Positions 53,288 to 63,433 of a stretch of 64,000 nucleotides of DNA are shown one piece after another. Made by a program: the position numbers and the translations under genes. Below the pieces are notes generated by a model. That model did not search any database and was not told the origin of the DNA. It was given only the letters and a program-made list of their open reading frames with translations. The DNA is taken from the NCBI GenBank assembly GCA_000146465.1, contig CP001942.1, one strand, 5' to 3'. How positions within the stretch are numbered: position 1 is the first letter of the stretch; each line of letters opens with the position of its first letter.

Positions 53288-54706
53288 ATGTCTACCAAGG
53301 TCGAGCCATACATGGAGGTTGGAACAGTGATAGCCGATCCCGAGTACCACACAAGGTACATGTTGAAGAAGCTCCTTGGAAGAGGAGCATATGCACAATG
53401 CTATCTAGCAGAGATAGAAAATGGCGAACAGTATGCAATGAAGGTTGTTAGGTTAAAGGACATTAAGAGCCGGAAAGTCCATGAGAAGCTTGAGTCCGAG
53501 ATAGCAATACACTCGAGGCTGGACAATCCCAATATTGTCAAGATGTATAGGTCGTTTAGAAACGAAGAATATGTCTTTATGGTTCTCGAGCTCTGTGAGA
53601 GAGGGGCTTTGGATATACTCCTAAAGAGAAATGGAAAGCTGAAAGAAAGACATGTAGCGAAGTTTGTCAAGCAGACGGTCGAGGGACTTGTATATCTTCA
53701 CAACACCGTTAGTGTTGTGCACAGAGATCTGAAGCTTGGGAATCTGTTTCTAGATTCGAAGTTTAATGTGAAGATAGGAGACTTTGGCCTGAGTGCGGTG
53801 ATAAAAGACGGAGAAAAAAAGATCACCATGTGCGGAACACCGAACTATATAGCACCGGAGGTATTGTTTGGAAAGGCAAGTGGACACTCCTTTGAGGCAG
53901 ATGTATGGTCTCTTGGAGTGATCATCTACACATTGCTTGTTGGAGTTCCTCCGTTCCAGAAGAAGAATGTAGAAGATATATACAAGATGATAAAGCTTAA
54001 CAAATACATCTTTCCAGAGAACTGCGACCTTTCAAGCGAAGCCATTGATCTGATAACCCAGATTCTGAACACAAATCCTCTAGAAAGGCCGACGTTGGAA
54101 CATATTCTCAACCACAGGTTCTTGTCGAGAAAGGAGCATTTTCTGATGAGAATATACAAGAATCTGGTGGTCAACAGGACACAAGAGGGTGTTATCGACA
54201 CGGACTATGTTCTCTTCAGCATTCCTGTGACAAGGCTAAGGGGAATTGGATATGTGCTGAAGTCTGGGGTTTATGGAATATACTTCAGTGACCACAGAAA
54301 TCTAATGCTAAAGCCAAACAAGAAGAGCGTCATCTATCTGAATTCGACGATCGAGGGGGGAAAGAGGGTATTTTACAAGGAGGAGCATCTAGTTGAAAAA
54401 ATACCTGGGGAGATTCTTGAATCGTACAAGGCCCTGGAGTATTTTATCAGGACATTTGATAATGGATTTAGCTTTTTGGATGTTGAACCATGCTTTATTG
54501 TGAAGATAAGGAAGATAGAATGTGGATTTCTGTTTGTGATGGCCGATAGCACCATTGTGTTTGACTTTTCGGATGGATGGAGAGTGGTGGTGTCTAGGTA
54601 TGGAGAAAGAGTATCGTGCTACAATGGACTTGGGCTTGCCTCGTTTAACTCAGAGATAAGAAAGAAGTGCATAGAGATTTTGAAGAACTGTCTTGGGTGT
54701 GGATAA
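53288..54706 (+). CDS. PLK: Polo-like serine/threonine kinase.
   Basis: 472 aa. The kinase domain is collinear with PLK1 (LGRGAYAQCYLAE...HRDLKLGNLFLDSKFNVKIGDFGLSAVIKDGEKKITMCGTPNYIAPEVL). It has a C-terminal polo-box-like YVLKSGVYGIYFSDHRNLMLKPN. Confidence 0.85.
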   Translation: MSTKVEPYMEVGTVIADPEYHTRYMLKKLLGRGAYAQCYLAEIENGEQYAMKVVRLKDIKSRKVHEKLESEIAIHSRLDNPNIVKMYRSFRNEEYVFMVLELCERGALDILLKRNGKLKERHVAKFVKQTVEGLVYLHNTVSVVHRDLKLGNLFLDSKFNVKIGDFGLSAVIKDGEKKITMCGTPNYIAPEVLFGKASGHSFEADVWSLGVIIYTLLVGVPPFQKKNVEDIYKMIKLNKYIFPENCDLSSEAIDLITQILNTNPLERPTLEHILNHRFLSRKEHFLMRIYKNLVVNRTQEGVIDTDYVLFSIPVTRLRGIGYVLKSGVYGIYFSDHRNLMLKPNKKSVIYLNSTIEGGKRVFYKEEHLVEKIPGEILESYKALEYFIRTFDNGFSFLDVEPCFIVKIRKIECGFLFVMADSTIVFDFSDGWRVVVSRYGERVSCYNGLGLASFNSEIRKKCIEILKNCLGCG

Positions 54707-54812
54707 GGTATCCTTGGATCCTTAATGATACAGAAGTTTTGAATGGGATGGGGAGAGTTGTTTTGGACTTGTGTCAAAACTAATCAATAAAAGGACATAG
54801 ACGCAAGCGTGG

Positions 54813-56186
54813 ATGGAAGATGTGGAGAACATAAGGACTTCATATAAAGTGCTGAAATGTAAGTGTGTCTACCTGAAAAGCTATCTGGAGCATATTGTTA
54901 CTGTGGCGAAAAGATCCTCCGACCTTCTTTTTCGCGCTCTTCAGATTCCAAGAGATATTGAATGGAACGACCTACTACTTACGCATTGCATAGAAATGAG
55001 CGAGAGGCAAAGGGCTGTGTTTGATGAGGCAGGGGTATTTTATGGAGAAACCTTGTTTAAGGAGCTTGATGGGCTGATTGCGACTATAGTCAATGATATG
55101 AAGATGATTGACGAGGAGGTAAAGGCCATTTCTGAGAGGCCAGCAGAAGGCCTGAAGGAACTGAGGATAGCCCGAAACAGACACATGGAGGCTTGGACAC
55201 ATGGAAAGCATGACCCGTGGTTGACAGAGCTCGGCCTGAAAAAGGCAGTTAAGAAGGTTCTCCTTATGGATGACGAGGCGAACAATGTGATGTATGGAAA
55301 GGTTGGGGGATTTAATATGTCCTTACAGAGTGCAGCAGACAGGTTTAAAGAAACCCTCCTGAGTCTTATGAGGATTCAGAAGCAGAAGTACCAAAAGCTT
55401 CGGGACTCTGTAGATATGGAAACCAAGAGATGTGAGGAGATGGATAGGTTTTTTGACACCATCTCCGAATCACCAAAAGAGGTTAGAGGGGAAGCAAAGA
55501 AGGACGAGAAACTCAAAGAGAAGGTTGATGCCTCGTTTGAGACATTTGTAGAGGAGATAAGCAAGGAGCTGTCAGGAAAGGGTATAACAGTTAGAAAGAA
55601 TCTGGAAATTGTAAAGTCCTCTATATGCAAAGTGAAAAAGGGATATACAGGGGATTGGATAGTGGCATATCTAGGGGTCACGTCCACGGGATATGCACAC
55701 TTCTTTGATGTCTCGGGGTTGTTGAACGAAGCAGAAGGTCTCAAGAACATCATTAATAATTTAAACAATAGCACGAGCAAAGGCTTTATATCCATGTTTG
55801 ATGGAAGCAAGCCCAGAAAGGAATCTGGGGAGGACAGAATGATTTTTGAGATAAATACCAGGATCGGCGAGACGGTCGAGACTCTTTCAAGTCCGGTGGT
55901 TTCGATTAATCTAAATGATAACACCTACGAGCTCGATAGAGAGAGAAAACAAATCTCGGTAAGTAGTAAGCACCAGAACGGGTTTGCAAGTTTCTTTGGG
56001 GTATGTGAGGTGAAGATCAAGCTCTTCTCTCTTTCAAATGCAATAGAGATATTCCATACACTCAAAAATAGGAACAAACTTGAGGAAAGTATAGACAACT
56101 TTGCCGAAGGTCCCAGGAAAGAAGTCAATGAAGGAGTTGGGCTTAAGGTTCTGCTACAAGAGGAGAATCCCTGGGTTGAAGGATGA
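54813..56186 (+). CDS. Hypothetical protein (457 aa).
   Basis: ORF only. Confidence 0.5.
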   Translation: MEDVENIRTSYKVLKCKCVYLKSYLEHIVTVAKRSSDLLFRALQIPRDIEWNDLLLTHCIEMSERQRAVFDEAGVFYGETLFKELDGLIATIVNDMKMIDEEVKAISERPAEGLKELRIARNRHMEAWTHGKHDPWLTELGLKKAVKKVLLMDDEANNVMYGKVGGFNMSLQSAADRFKETLLSLMRIQKQKYQKLRDSVDMETKRCEEMDRFFDTISESPKEVRGEAKKDEKLKEKVDASFETFVEEISKELSGKGITVRKNLEIVKSSICKVKKGYTGDWIVAYLGVTSTGYAHFFDVSGLLNEAEGLKNIINNLNNSTSKGFISMFDGSKPRKESGEDRMIFEINTRIGETVETLSSPVVSINLNDNTYELDRERKQISVSSKHQNGFASFFGVCEVKIKLFSLSNAIEIFHTLKNRNKLEESIDNFAEGPRKEVNEGVGLKVLLQEENPWVEG

Positions 56187-56465
56187 CTTCCAAGCTTCAC
56201 TCTCTGGAGCTATGTCTAAGCCGATTAAAGATAATGATTTGTTTACGTTCTACTGCATTACATTTTATTTGAGTGTAGGATCTTGATGTGCTTTTTAAAA
56301 TCGAAAGTTGTAATTGGTTAGGAGACACTTCTGATTTGGCTTCCTCTGGGTTTAATAAAGGGATAGGTCAGACTGTCATTTTGGAAAACAATTGGACGAA
56401 TAGAATGGGACTAGAAATTAAAACAAATAAATAAAAGTGTTTACACATATCCTACACATATTCCG

Positions 56466-58058
56466 ATGGACAACGTTTTAATATCTGATGAGAACCTTAA
56501 AAAACCTTCAAAGCCTGCCTACTACGGAACAGCCGGATACAGATCAAAAACATCTGATCTAAACAATATCCTGTGCCGAGGATCCCTGATAGCCTACTTG
56601 CGATCGACAACGTTTGCAGGAAAGATCATTGGGGTGATGATTACAGCAAGCCACAACCCTGTGGAGTACAACGGGATCAAGATAATTGATCATAACGGAG
56701 ACATGCTTGACGAGACATGGGAAGAGTATAGCGATAGAATTGTGAATTGTGATGATGACAAACTTCCTCGCGAGATGAAAAGGATTCTAAGATCCTGCAG
56801 TAACCAAAGCGAGCTTGGGGAGGGGGTGCAGGGACATGTAGTTTTGGGCAGAGACACCAGAGACAGTGGGAAAAAACTATGCGATAACATAAGGTCTGTG
56901 CTAAGCAAACTGAATTGCACTGTGGACGATTATGGAGTAGTGACAACCCCTGAACTTCATTTTCTTGTAAGGAGGTGCAATGTAGAGAACAAAGTGGTTG
57001 ACAAGACAGAGTATCTAAAGAACATTGTCTCTAACTTCTCGAGGCTGTCTTCTTTGACAAAAGGGAACTTCAAGACAATGGTAGATACTGCAAATGGAGT
57101 GGCAGGAATGAAACTCAAGGAACTGGACGAAATGCTGGAGGGTAGGCTGAACTATGGGATTCTGAACGATCCAAAGGGAATTCTGAATCTGGACTGTGGA
57201 GCAGACTTTGTTAAAACAAAAAAGATGGCACCAAAGTTGGAGGTGTTTAATTCGAGCGAGTTCTCCCCACCATCAAATGGGATATGTGCCTCGTTTGATG
57301 GAGATGTGGATAGACTCATATTCTTCACAGGACCCAAGAACACAGAGATATTTGATGGGGACTCCCAGGCAGTCTTCTTAGCTCTTTACATAAGATCCCT
57401 TCTTGATAAGATCGGATCACGTCTTAGCATTGGAGTAGTGCTCTCCTACTACTCAAACAATGCGGCTGTTGATGCTCTTCCTCCGAAGTTGTTCAAGGTT
57501 GTGATGGCCCAAACAGGAGTCAAGAACTTTGTGAGTGCAGCAAGGAACTTCGACATTGGGGTGTATTTTGAGCCCAACGGGCACGGAAGTGTGTGCTTTT
57601 CGCAGGCCTGCATAGACGAAATAGAAAGGGGAAGCAGCAAACATCATACAATTCTCAAGTCCTTGGTGAATCTATTTGATCCATGCATTGGAGATGCACT
57701 GGGCAACTTTATGATATTCAAGGCGCTTATGGCTGATGCAGATGACCTTAGGAAGTTCCGGGAAAATCCCAGTAGACTCCTCACTGTTAAGATAGAGGAC
57801 AAGAACAGTATTAAGGTTGACCATAAGAATCAGGTTATTGAGCCGAAAGAACTCCAGGACAAGATTGACGAGGAAGCTTTGAGCCTTGGAGGGAGGTCGT
57901 TTGTCAGACCCTCGGGAACTGAAGATGTTGTAAGAGTATATGCCGAGTGCCCGACAGAGGCTGATGCAGATCTTCTTTGCCTAAAGGTTGCACAGCATGT
58001 CTATGATATGTGCAGAGGTGTTGGAGACCATCCAGAAATCGACTACACAAATAAATAA
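56466..58058 (+). CDS. AGM1: Phosphoacetylglucosamine mutase (AGM1/PGM3), in the UDP-GlcNAc and chitin precursor pathway.
   Basis: 530 aa. The phosphoserine loop is GVMITASHNPVEYNGIKIIDHNGDML, the metal loop is DGDVDR and the sugar loop is RPSGTEDVVRVYAE. Confidence 0.85.
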   Translation: MDNVLISDENLKKPSKPAYYGTAGYRSKTSDLNNILCRGSLIAYLRSTTFAGKIIGVMITASHNPVEYNGIKIIDHNGDMLDETWEEYSDRIVNCDDDKLPREMKRILRSCSNQSELGEGVQGHVVLGRDTRDSGKKLCDNIRSVLSKLNCTVDDYGVVTTPELHFLVRRCNVENKVVDKTEYLKNIVSNFSRLSSLTKGNFKTMVDTANGVAGMKLKELDEMLEGRLNYGILNDPKGILNLDCGADFVKTKKMAPKLEVFNSSEFSPPSNGICASFDGDVDRLIFFTGPKNTEIFDGDSQAVFLALYIRSLLDKIGSRLSIGVVLSYYSNNAAVDALPPKLFKVVMAQTGVKNFVSAARNFDIGVYFEPNGHGSVCFSQACIDEIERGSSKHHTILKSLVNLFDPCIGDALGNFMIFKALMADADDLRKFRENPSRLLTVKIEDKNSIKVDHKNQVIEPKELQDKIDEEALSLGGRSFVRPSGTEDVVRVYAECPTEADADLLCLKVAQHVYDMCRGVGDHPEIDYTNK

Positions 58059-58128
58059 GGTCTCTGTTATGTTACTTGCATTAAAATATCATTGGTCACT
58101 TGCTTCTTACAACGAAAATCTATTTGGT

Positions 58129-58761
58129 TTAATCTATCTGGTCTTTATTCTGTAAAGAGGGAACATACATTTCTTCCAGTTTTTTTTTCCCGATTTCTTC
58201 ATGGTAGAATTCCCCATTGCGGAATCCAAGCCTTATAGTATGTACAAAGGTTTTCTTGGAGTAAACAGAATTCCGCAACAGTCTTACTGTTACAACGTCG
58301 TCATGTCTCTTTATCACTTTAGTTGCAATTGCCCTTGAGACCACACGTTTCTGGCCGTAGTAGAAGACAGGTGTCCCATCTGCCTGCTTGATGATGTTGT
58401 GGCCTTCATCTAGAAGAAAGTAGCCTTTGTAGTTGTTGGACAGCATTGACTTGTATTTACCATCAACAGTTAGAACTCTCTTTCCCAACTCATACTTTTT
58501 TTTATCCATGAGAAACACCTTCTTGAACTTCTGTCTTGCCCTCTTTCCCGGAAAATCCTTTCCATGGAACATCATGAAACTACAAGCAGCGATATCGATA
58601 TACTTTTGCTTGATCCGGTTCTTGGTATTTGGATTCGTTGTCTTTTTTTCGGAGCTCATGATTCTGCAGGCCAGGATAATGATGGGTTCCATAAAGAGCA
58701 TCAGTTTTAGACCCTTTAGAGACCATGGAAAATGAAGTCTCACAAGCCTGGCCATATCCAA
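58129..58761 (-). CDS. Hypothetical basic protein. The true start is probably the internal Met at ~58659, which would avoid a 5' overlap with TFB2.
   Basis: ORF only. Confidence 0.4.
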   Translation of the reverse strand: MDMARLVRLHFPWSLKGLKLMLFMEPIIILACRIMSSEKKTTNPNTKNRIKQKYIDIAACSFMMFHGKDFPGKRARQKFKKVFLMDKKKYELGKRVLTVDGKYKSMLSNNYKGYFLLDEGHNIIKQADGTPVFYYGQKRVVSRAIATKVIKRHDDVVTVRLLRNSVYSKKTFVHTIRLGFRNGEFYHEEIGKKKLEEMYVPSLQNKDQID

Positions 58762-59969
58762 TAGACATCATAGAGTATTTTGGTATGCTTCCCGAACACT
58801 CGAAGAAGCGGCTGTATAGGGCTCCTGTGTTTGCAGTATCTTTCCTGAAGATCTTTGACGAAAAGACCACACGATTTATCTTTGATCTATTGCTGAAATC
58901 CCACTCCATAAGTTCTCTGAGAGAGATCAAAGGGATTAAGGAAGTCCTGAAAACACTACTGAGGATCCAGATGATCGAGAAAAAAGGAGATAACATTTAC
59001 TTAGAGGAAGACTTCAGGAGATCGCTGATGGAAGGGTTTTGCATGCTTACGATAGAAAAGCACTATAGAAGTGCAGGAGAAGAGACGGAAACCGATGAAG
59101 AGGAGAGTAATAGAAGGTTTGAAACTATTCTAAGGTCGATTGTCAATAAGGAGAGCAAGATCAGGGAATTTGGAGTCAGGGAAGTCCTTATGTTTGGAGG
59201 GCTCCTTGGCAGGGATGAGAACATCACAAACAGAGGGTTTGAATTTCTTCTCAAAACAAAGAAAGAGCAACTGTGGTGTCTTGTGTTACTGTCCTTGAAG
59301 TATTTTCTCAAATCTGTGGAGGAAGAAGTTTCCACGTTGGAAGCTATATTTGAGCTGAGTACAAAGAATGTTGGAACAGTATACCGCCATTCCAGTTCAA
59401 TGGATAAAAGACTGCTCAAATATCTGGAGGTACTGGGGATCTTGAAGCTCTATGGAGAAAACCTTGCGATTAGGAGGTCCTTTGTACAGCTGTTTGAGGC
59501 GTCTGAACGCAACAGAAGAGAGTTTATAATTGTGGAAACAAACAACAAGATATATGCATACACAAATTCCGAGTATGAAAAGTCTGTGATACATCTGTTC
59601 TGCAACGTGTCTTTCAACCTTCCTAACCTTACAAAGGGAAGTATAACAGAGGAGAGTGTGAATGCTGCATTTGACAAAGGAATAACAGGAAGACAAATAA
59701 TACACTTTCTGGAGGCAAGTTCCAAACCCGGAAGCCTTCCTCCGGCGATCATCAACCAGATAATTATATGGGAGTCCAAGAGAAACAGGATCTTCATGGC
59801 TCCTGGATATCTTTACTCGAACTTCCTGAATTTGTCTGACTATCAGAAGGTACTGGAGTTCTGCAGCGAAAGAAACTATCTTATAGAATCCGACATCGAC
59901 AGGAGGATGATAGTTGTGAATCCAAAAGGTCATGTGTTTGTTAAGGAGTTCATAAAGACAATACTCTAA
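58725..59969 (+). CDS. TFB2: TFIIH subunit p52/Tfb2.
   Basis: 414 aa. The N-terminal IEYFGMLPEHSKKRLYRAPVFAVSF matches the Tfb2 pattern (LLEFL..LP...LDRLY..P...LAVFR). The C-terminal PPAIINQIIIWESKRNR matches the p52 C-terminal PPTVVDQIRLWE. Confidence 0.7.
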   Translation: MENEVSQAWPYPIDIIEYFGMLPEHSKKRLYRAPVFAVSFLKIFDEKTTRFIFDLLLKSHSISSLREIKGIKEVLKTLLRIQMIEKKGDNIYLEEDFRRSLMEGFCMLTIEKHYRSAGEETETDEEESNRRFETILRSIVNKESKIREFGVREVLMFGGLLGRDENITNRGFEFLLKTKKEQLWCLVLLSLKYFLKSVEEEVSTLEAIFELSTKNVGTVYRHSSSMDKRLLKYLEVLGILKLYGENLAIRRSFVQLFEASERNRREFIIVETNNKIYAYTNSEYEKSVIHLFCNVSFNLPNLTKGSITEESVNAAFDKGITGRQIIHFLEASSKPGSLPPAIINQIIIWESKRNRIFMAPGYLYSNFLNLSDYQKVLEFCSERNYLIESDIDRRMIVVNPKGHVFVKEFIKTIL

Positions 59970-60031
59970 AGTGGTCTTTAGAAGAAAGGAAAGATAGAAG
60001 ACAGATGTTTAATTAAAAGAATTGGATAACG

Positions 60032-60538
60032 TTATTTTATGGAATTTATGAACTCCTTTACATCGAATGATATCTTACACCCGGCACCTGCAAGGATTAT
60101 GGCTTCTCTGTAAGGTACCTTGTCGTTTACATAAAATACACCTCTGTTTCCTAGCAAGGGACGGTATCTTCCTTCCAAGGCCCTAGAGTCGATGACCAGA
60201 GATCTTGTCTTGTGCAGCCCAGCATTTGTTTTGATTGCAAAGTAATCATCTTCCCTCAATATTTCCACGACTTCCTCTTCCAGAACTTCAATTCCCATGT
60301 TTCTGGCCTGGCTCTCTACTAAAGAAATAAACTCCTTGGGTTCCTGGACGTCCTTAACGCCTACAACATTTTCTGCTCCAGAAAAGTCCATCTCCTCTTC
60401 CCCGGGCACTTTGAGTATAAGTGGAGACAGATTGGCTGTGTGGATATATATTCCACACATGTAGGTGCCTGGGCCTTGGCCTATGATAATGACACTCCTC
60501 ATTCCCAGGGGATTAAAAATTTTGTAAATCCCCTCCAA
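60032..60538 (-). CDS. Thioredoxin-reductase-like FAD-domain protein with an internal deletion (the NADPH domain and redox CxxC are absent).
   Basis: 168 aa. RSVIIIGQGPGTYMCGIYIHTANLSPLILK aligns with TrxR [29 protein letters not shown]. The C-terminal GVFYVNDKVPYREAIILAGAGC aligns with the TrxR C-terminal [24 protein letters not shown]. The ~150 residues that carry CAVC and the NADPH GxGxxA are missing. Confidence 0.55.
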   Translation of the reverse strand: MEGIYKIFNPLGMRSVIIIGQGPGTYMCGIYIHTANLSPLILKVPGEEEMDFSGAENVVGVKDVQEPKEFISLVESQARNMGIEVLEEEVVEILREDDYFAIKTNAGLHKTRSLVIDSRALEGRYRPLLGNRGVFYVNDKVPYREAIILAGAGCKISFDVKEFINSIK

Positions 60539-60648
60539 AAGTACCTAGCACAGGTAATATAGATTTCTTTTATTAAAGCTTTCGAATTTGGTGATATATT
60601 TGTTTTGATCACCAAATAGGGAAACTCTTAATACATAGATCTTGTTCC

Positions 60649-61092
60649 ATGGTAGGGAAAGCCCTAATGTTTACCAACACAGATGATATAAAGCTGTCTG
60701 ATATACTATTTGGGAGTGATGTCGAGACCATCCGTTGCGAAAAAGCCTCTGGAAGAAAGGAGGACGAGAAAAACATATGGAAGAGGAATGTCAAGCACTA
60801 CAAGATCCTCTCGATCGATCAAATATCTGCGCTAGAGGACTTCTTCATTAGTAGGCAGCAGCCTATAACAAAAACTAATATAAAACATGCATCAAAGATT
60901 CTAAGGATCCCCTACCAACGATCTGTAAACTATCTCTATAACAAATACAAGAGGGCCCAGGAGAGTGCCGATGATTTCTATCAAAAGTGCATTCACGAGT
61001 TTGGCTTGATAATGCAGAATATAGACAAGTCCTGGGACTCGTACCTCCGAGGATGCCGGGTGTACAACACACCTCGAGACAACAGGAATTAA
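60649..61092 (+). CDS. Hypothetical protein with a divergent homeodomain-like segment.
   Basis: 147 aa. YKILSIDQISALEDFFISRQQPITKTNIKHASKILRIPYQRSVNYLYNKYKRAQ has homeodomain spacing (L..LE.FF...Q.P......I...L.I....V...Y.N...R). Confidence 0.45.
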   Translation: MVGKALMFTNTDDIKLSDILFGSDVETIRCEKASGRKEDEKNIWKRNVKHYKILSIDQISALEDFFISRQQPITKTNIKHASKILRIPYQRSVNYLYNKYKRAQESADDFYQKCIHEFGLIMQNIDKSWDSYLRGCRVYNTPRDNRN

Positions 61093-61187
61093 AGTAGAAG
61101 AGTATTTGTATGTGCCTTTGGAAGGAGAAGCAGGCCTTCTGGAAAATTTTTCTTGTGAAAGTAAGACAATTTTCGCCTCCCTAAAAG

Positions 61188-62492
61188 ATGAAGGATGTCT
61201 CTGAGATCATGAAGAAGCAGGCCACCCTCAATATCGGGACTATTGGGCATGTTGCACATGGCAAGTCCACTATTGTAAAGGCAATAAGCGGAATAAGCAC
61301 AATAAAGTTCAAGGCTGAACTTGAACGTAACATTACGATAAAGTTAGGGTATGCCAATGCCAAGATATACAAGTGTGACTCCAAATGCATCAGACCAAAC
61401 TGCTACCAGTCTTTTGGGAGTTCAAGCCCGGACCAGCTTCCTTGCAAGAAGTGTGGAGGCACCTTGAACCTGGTAAGGCATGTGTCTTTTGTGGACTGTC
61501 CTGGGCACGATGTTCTGATGGCCACGATGCTGAATGGAACAGCCATAATGGACTCAGTACTGCTTCTGATAGCAGCCAACGAACCCTGTCCACAGCCCCA
61601 GACCACTGAACATCTGTTTGCAGTGGAGATTATGAATCTCAAAAAGGTTCTTGTTGTACAGAATAAGATCGACCTTGTCTCGAGGGAGCAGGCACTGGAG
61701 CAGCATGATCAAATCCAGAAGTTCCTGAAGACTTCGAATGTTTCGGGGCCTGTAGTTCCAACGGCAGCCCAACTTGGAGTCAACATCCCAGCACTTCTGG
61801 ACTTCATTGTCAATTACATCCCAGAACCATCAAGGGACTCTGCAGCACATCCAAAGATGGTTGTCATCAGAAGTTTTGATGTCAACAGGCCTGGAACCAA
61901 GGTGAGTGATATGTCTGGAGGGGTGATTGGGGGAAGTCTTGTCACAGGAATGCTAAAGGTTGGAGACAAAATTGAGATAAGACCGGGACTGGTGACAAAG
62001 AAAAATAACAAGTTTGTATGCCGGCCTTTTGTCTCTGAGATTGTTTCTTTGAAAGCAGAAAACACAGATCTTGATGAAGCATATCCTGGAGGACTAATAG
62101 GTGTTGGAACAACAATGGATCCCTCGTTTTGTAAGGCAGACAAGCTGGTTGGGCAGGTGATGGGGAAGTTTGGGTTTCTCCCCTCAATATTCCACAGGAT
62201 AACTGTCGAGTACAGTCTTTTCCCAAAAACGACAGTCCAAGGGAACTTCAAGCTGAAGGAGGGAGAGCATGTGCTGTTGAACATAGGAAGCACAACAACA
62301 GGGAGTGTGATAGGGAAGATCGGAGAGACCATTGGGGAATTTGATCTTGTGAAGCCTGCATGCTGTGAGATTGGAGAAAGAATAGCGATATCAAGGAAGA
62401 TTAACAACCACTGGAGACTGATAGGCCACGGGGAGATCAAGAGTGGGATATGTGTTGAGCCGGAGTACAGTGTCGAAATAGATTCCAAGTAA
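61188..62492 (+). CDS. GCD11: Translation initiation factor eIF2 gamma subunit.
   Basis: 434 aa. The G motifs are IGTIGHVAHGKST, DCPGHD and NKID. The zinc ribbon is CxxC...CxxC (CDSKCIRPNCYQ...CKKCGG). It is collinear with eIF2-gamma. Confidence 0.9.
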   Translation: MKDVSEIMKKQATLNIGTIGHVAHGKSTIVKAISGISTIKFKAELERNITIKLGYANAKIYKCDSKCIRPNCYQSFGSSSPDQLPCKKCGGTLNLVRHVSFVDCPGHDVLMATMLNGTAIMDSVLLLIAANEPCPQPQTTEHLFAVEIMNLKKVLVVQNKIDLVSREQALEQHDQIQKFLKTSNVSGPVVPTAAQLGVNIPALLDFIVNYIPEPSRDSAAHPKMVVIRSFDVNRPGTKVSDMSGGVIGGSLVTGMLKVGDKIEIRPGLVTKKNNKFVCRPFVSEIVSLKAENTDLDEAYPGGLIGVGTTMDPSFCKADKLVGQVMGKFGFLPSIFHRITVEYSLFPKTTVQGNFKLKEGEHVLLNIGSTTTGSVIGKIGETIGEFDLVKPACCEIGERIAISRKINNHWRLIGHGEIKSGICVEPEYSVEIDSK

Positions 62493-62572
62493 CAATAAAA
62501 GGCTTGGGAAAGTACGAATAGCTATCGAAATAAAGATTATCTGTCCTTCAACATTTTAATCGGGTTCTTAAA

Positions 62573-63376
62573 TCACCTCTGAAGACATATCCGGTCCCCT
62601 GACCTGTCGAATACAATTATCCCCTTACTCAGAAGCCCATAAACTATTCTCAAGAGTGTTGCTCTGTCCATCCCCACCATCTTTCCTAGACGATCTAACT
62701 CAATGGATTCTTCAAGCACCAGATGCTTACAAATAATCTTGTTGTGAGAATCTGACAAATTCTCAATCTCCTCAATCACAAGCATCTTCTCGATGGTGCA
62801 AGAGTATTCTCTGCTTTCCTTAATATATGAAAGGGAACTGATGACATCCTCATCCGGAAGGCTTCCTTCCTCTAAAAACCTCCAAACCTTGGAAAGGAGG
62901 CTTGCATGCAGCTTCTCATATTCCATGTCATTAAACATCTTCCGAAGATCTTCAAGCCTGCTCTTCAGGTCTTCTATATCGTATTGGCTATATCTCTTCA
63001 TTTCCTCGTATTTCTGCTTCATGTTGGCTAGTTCCACTTCCAGGATGTCGCATTCCTTTTCATACTCATTGCAGAGAGATATCTTCTCTTGTTTTTTTCT
63101 CAGCTCCTCTAGCTCTGAGGAAATCTCCAATCCATATCTATCATACTCGATGCTCAGGTTGTTTAAAACATCTATCAAGGCCATGTGATCTTCAAGCATC
63201 CTTTCTTCAATTGTAGGAAACTCCATTTCTCTATACATTGTGTTTAGGTCGTCTAGTGATCTTATGGATGCTGTCCTGGGGATTTCCAGCCCCGATACTG
63301 TTTCCAGAGAAGGAAATCTCCTTGGCTCTGTGGTAGTTATTGAAGCCTCCCTTATTATGTCCTCTGGACTGCACAT
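62573..63376 (-). CDS. Hypothetical coiled-coil protein with a C-terminal winged-helix-like segment.
   Basis: 267 aa. The C-terminal motif is LGKMVGMDRATLLRIVYGLLSKGIIVFDRSGD. Confidence 0.45.
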   Translation of the reverse strand: MCSPEDIIREASITTTEPRRFPSLETVSGLEIPRTASIRSLDDLNTMYREMEFPTIEERMLEDHMALIDVLNNLSIEYDRYGLEISSELEELRKKQEKISLCNEYEKECDILEVELANMKQKYEEMKRYSQYDIEDLKSRLEDLRKMFNDMEYEKLHASLLSKVWRFLEEGSLPDEDVISSLSYIKESREYSCTIEKMLVIEEIENLSDSHNKIICKHLVLEESIELDRLGKMVGMDRATLLRIVYGLLSKGIIVFDRSGDRICLQR

Positions 63377-63433
63377 CTAGGGGATCGACCGTCTGTAAGT
63401 TCTATTGGCTTAAGCAAAAAATCTTAGAGTCCC

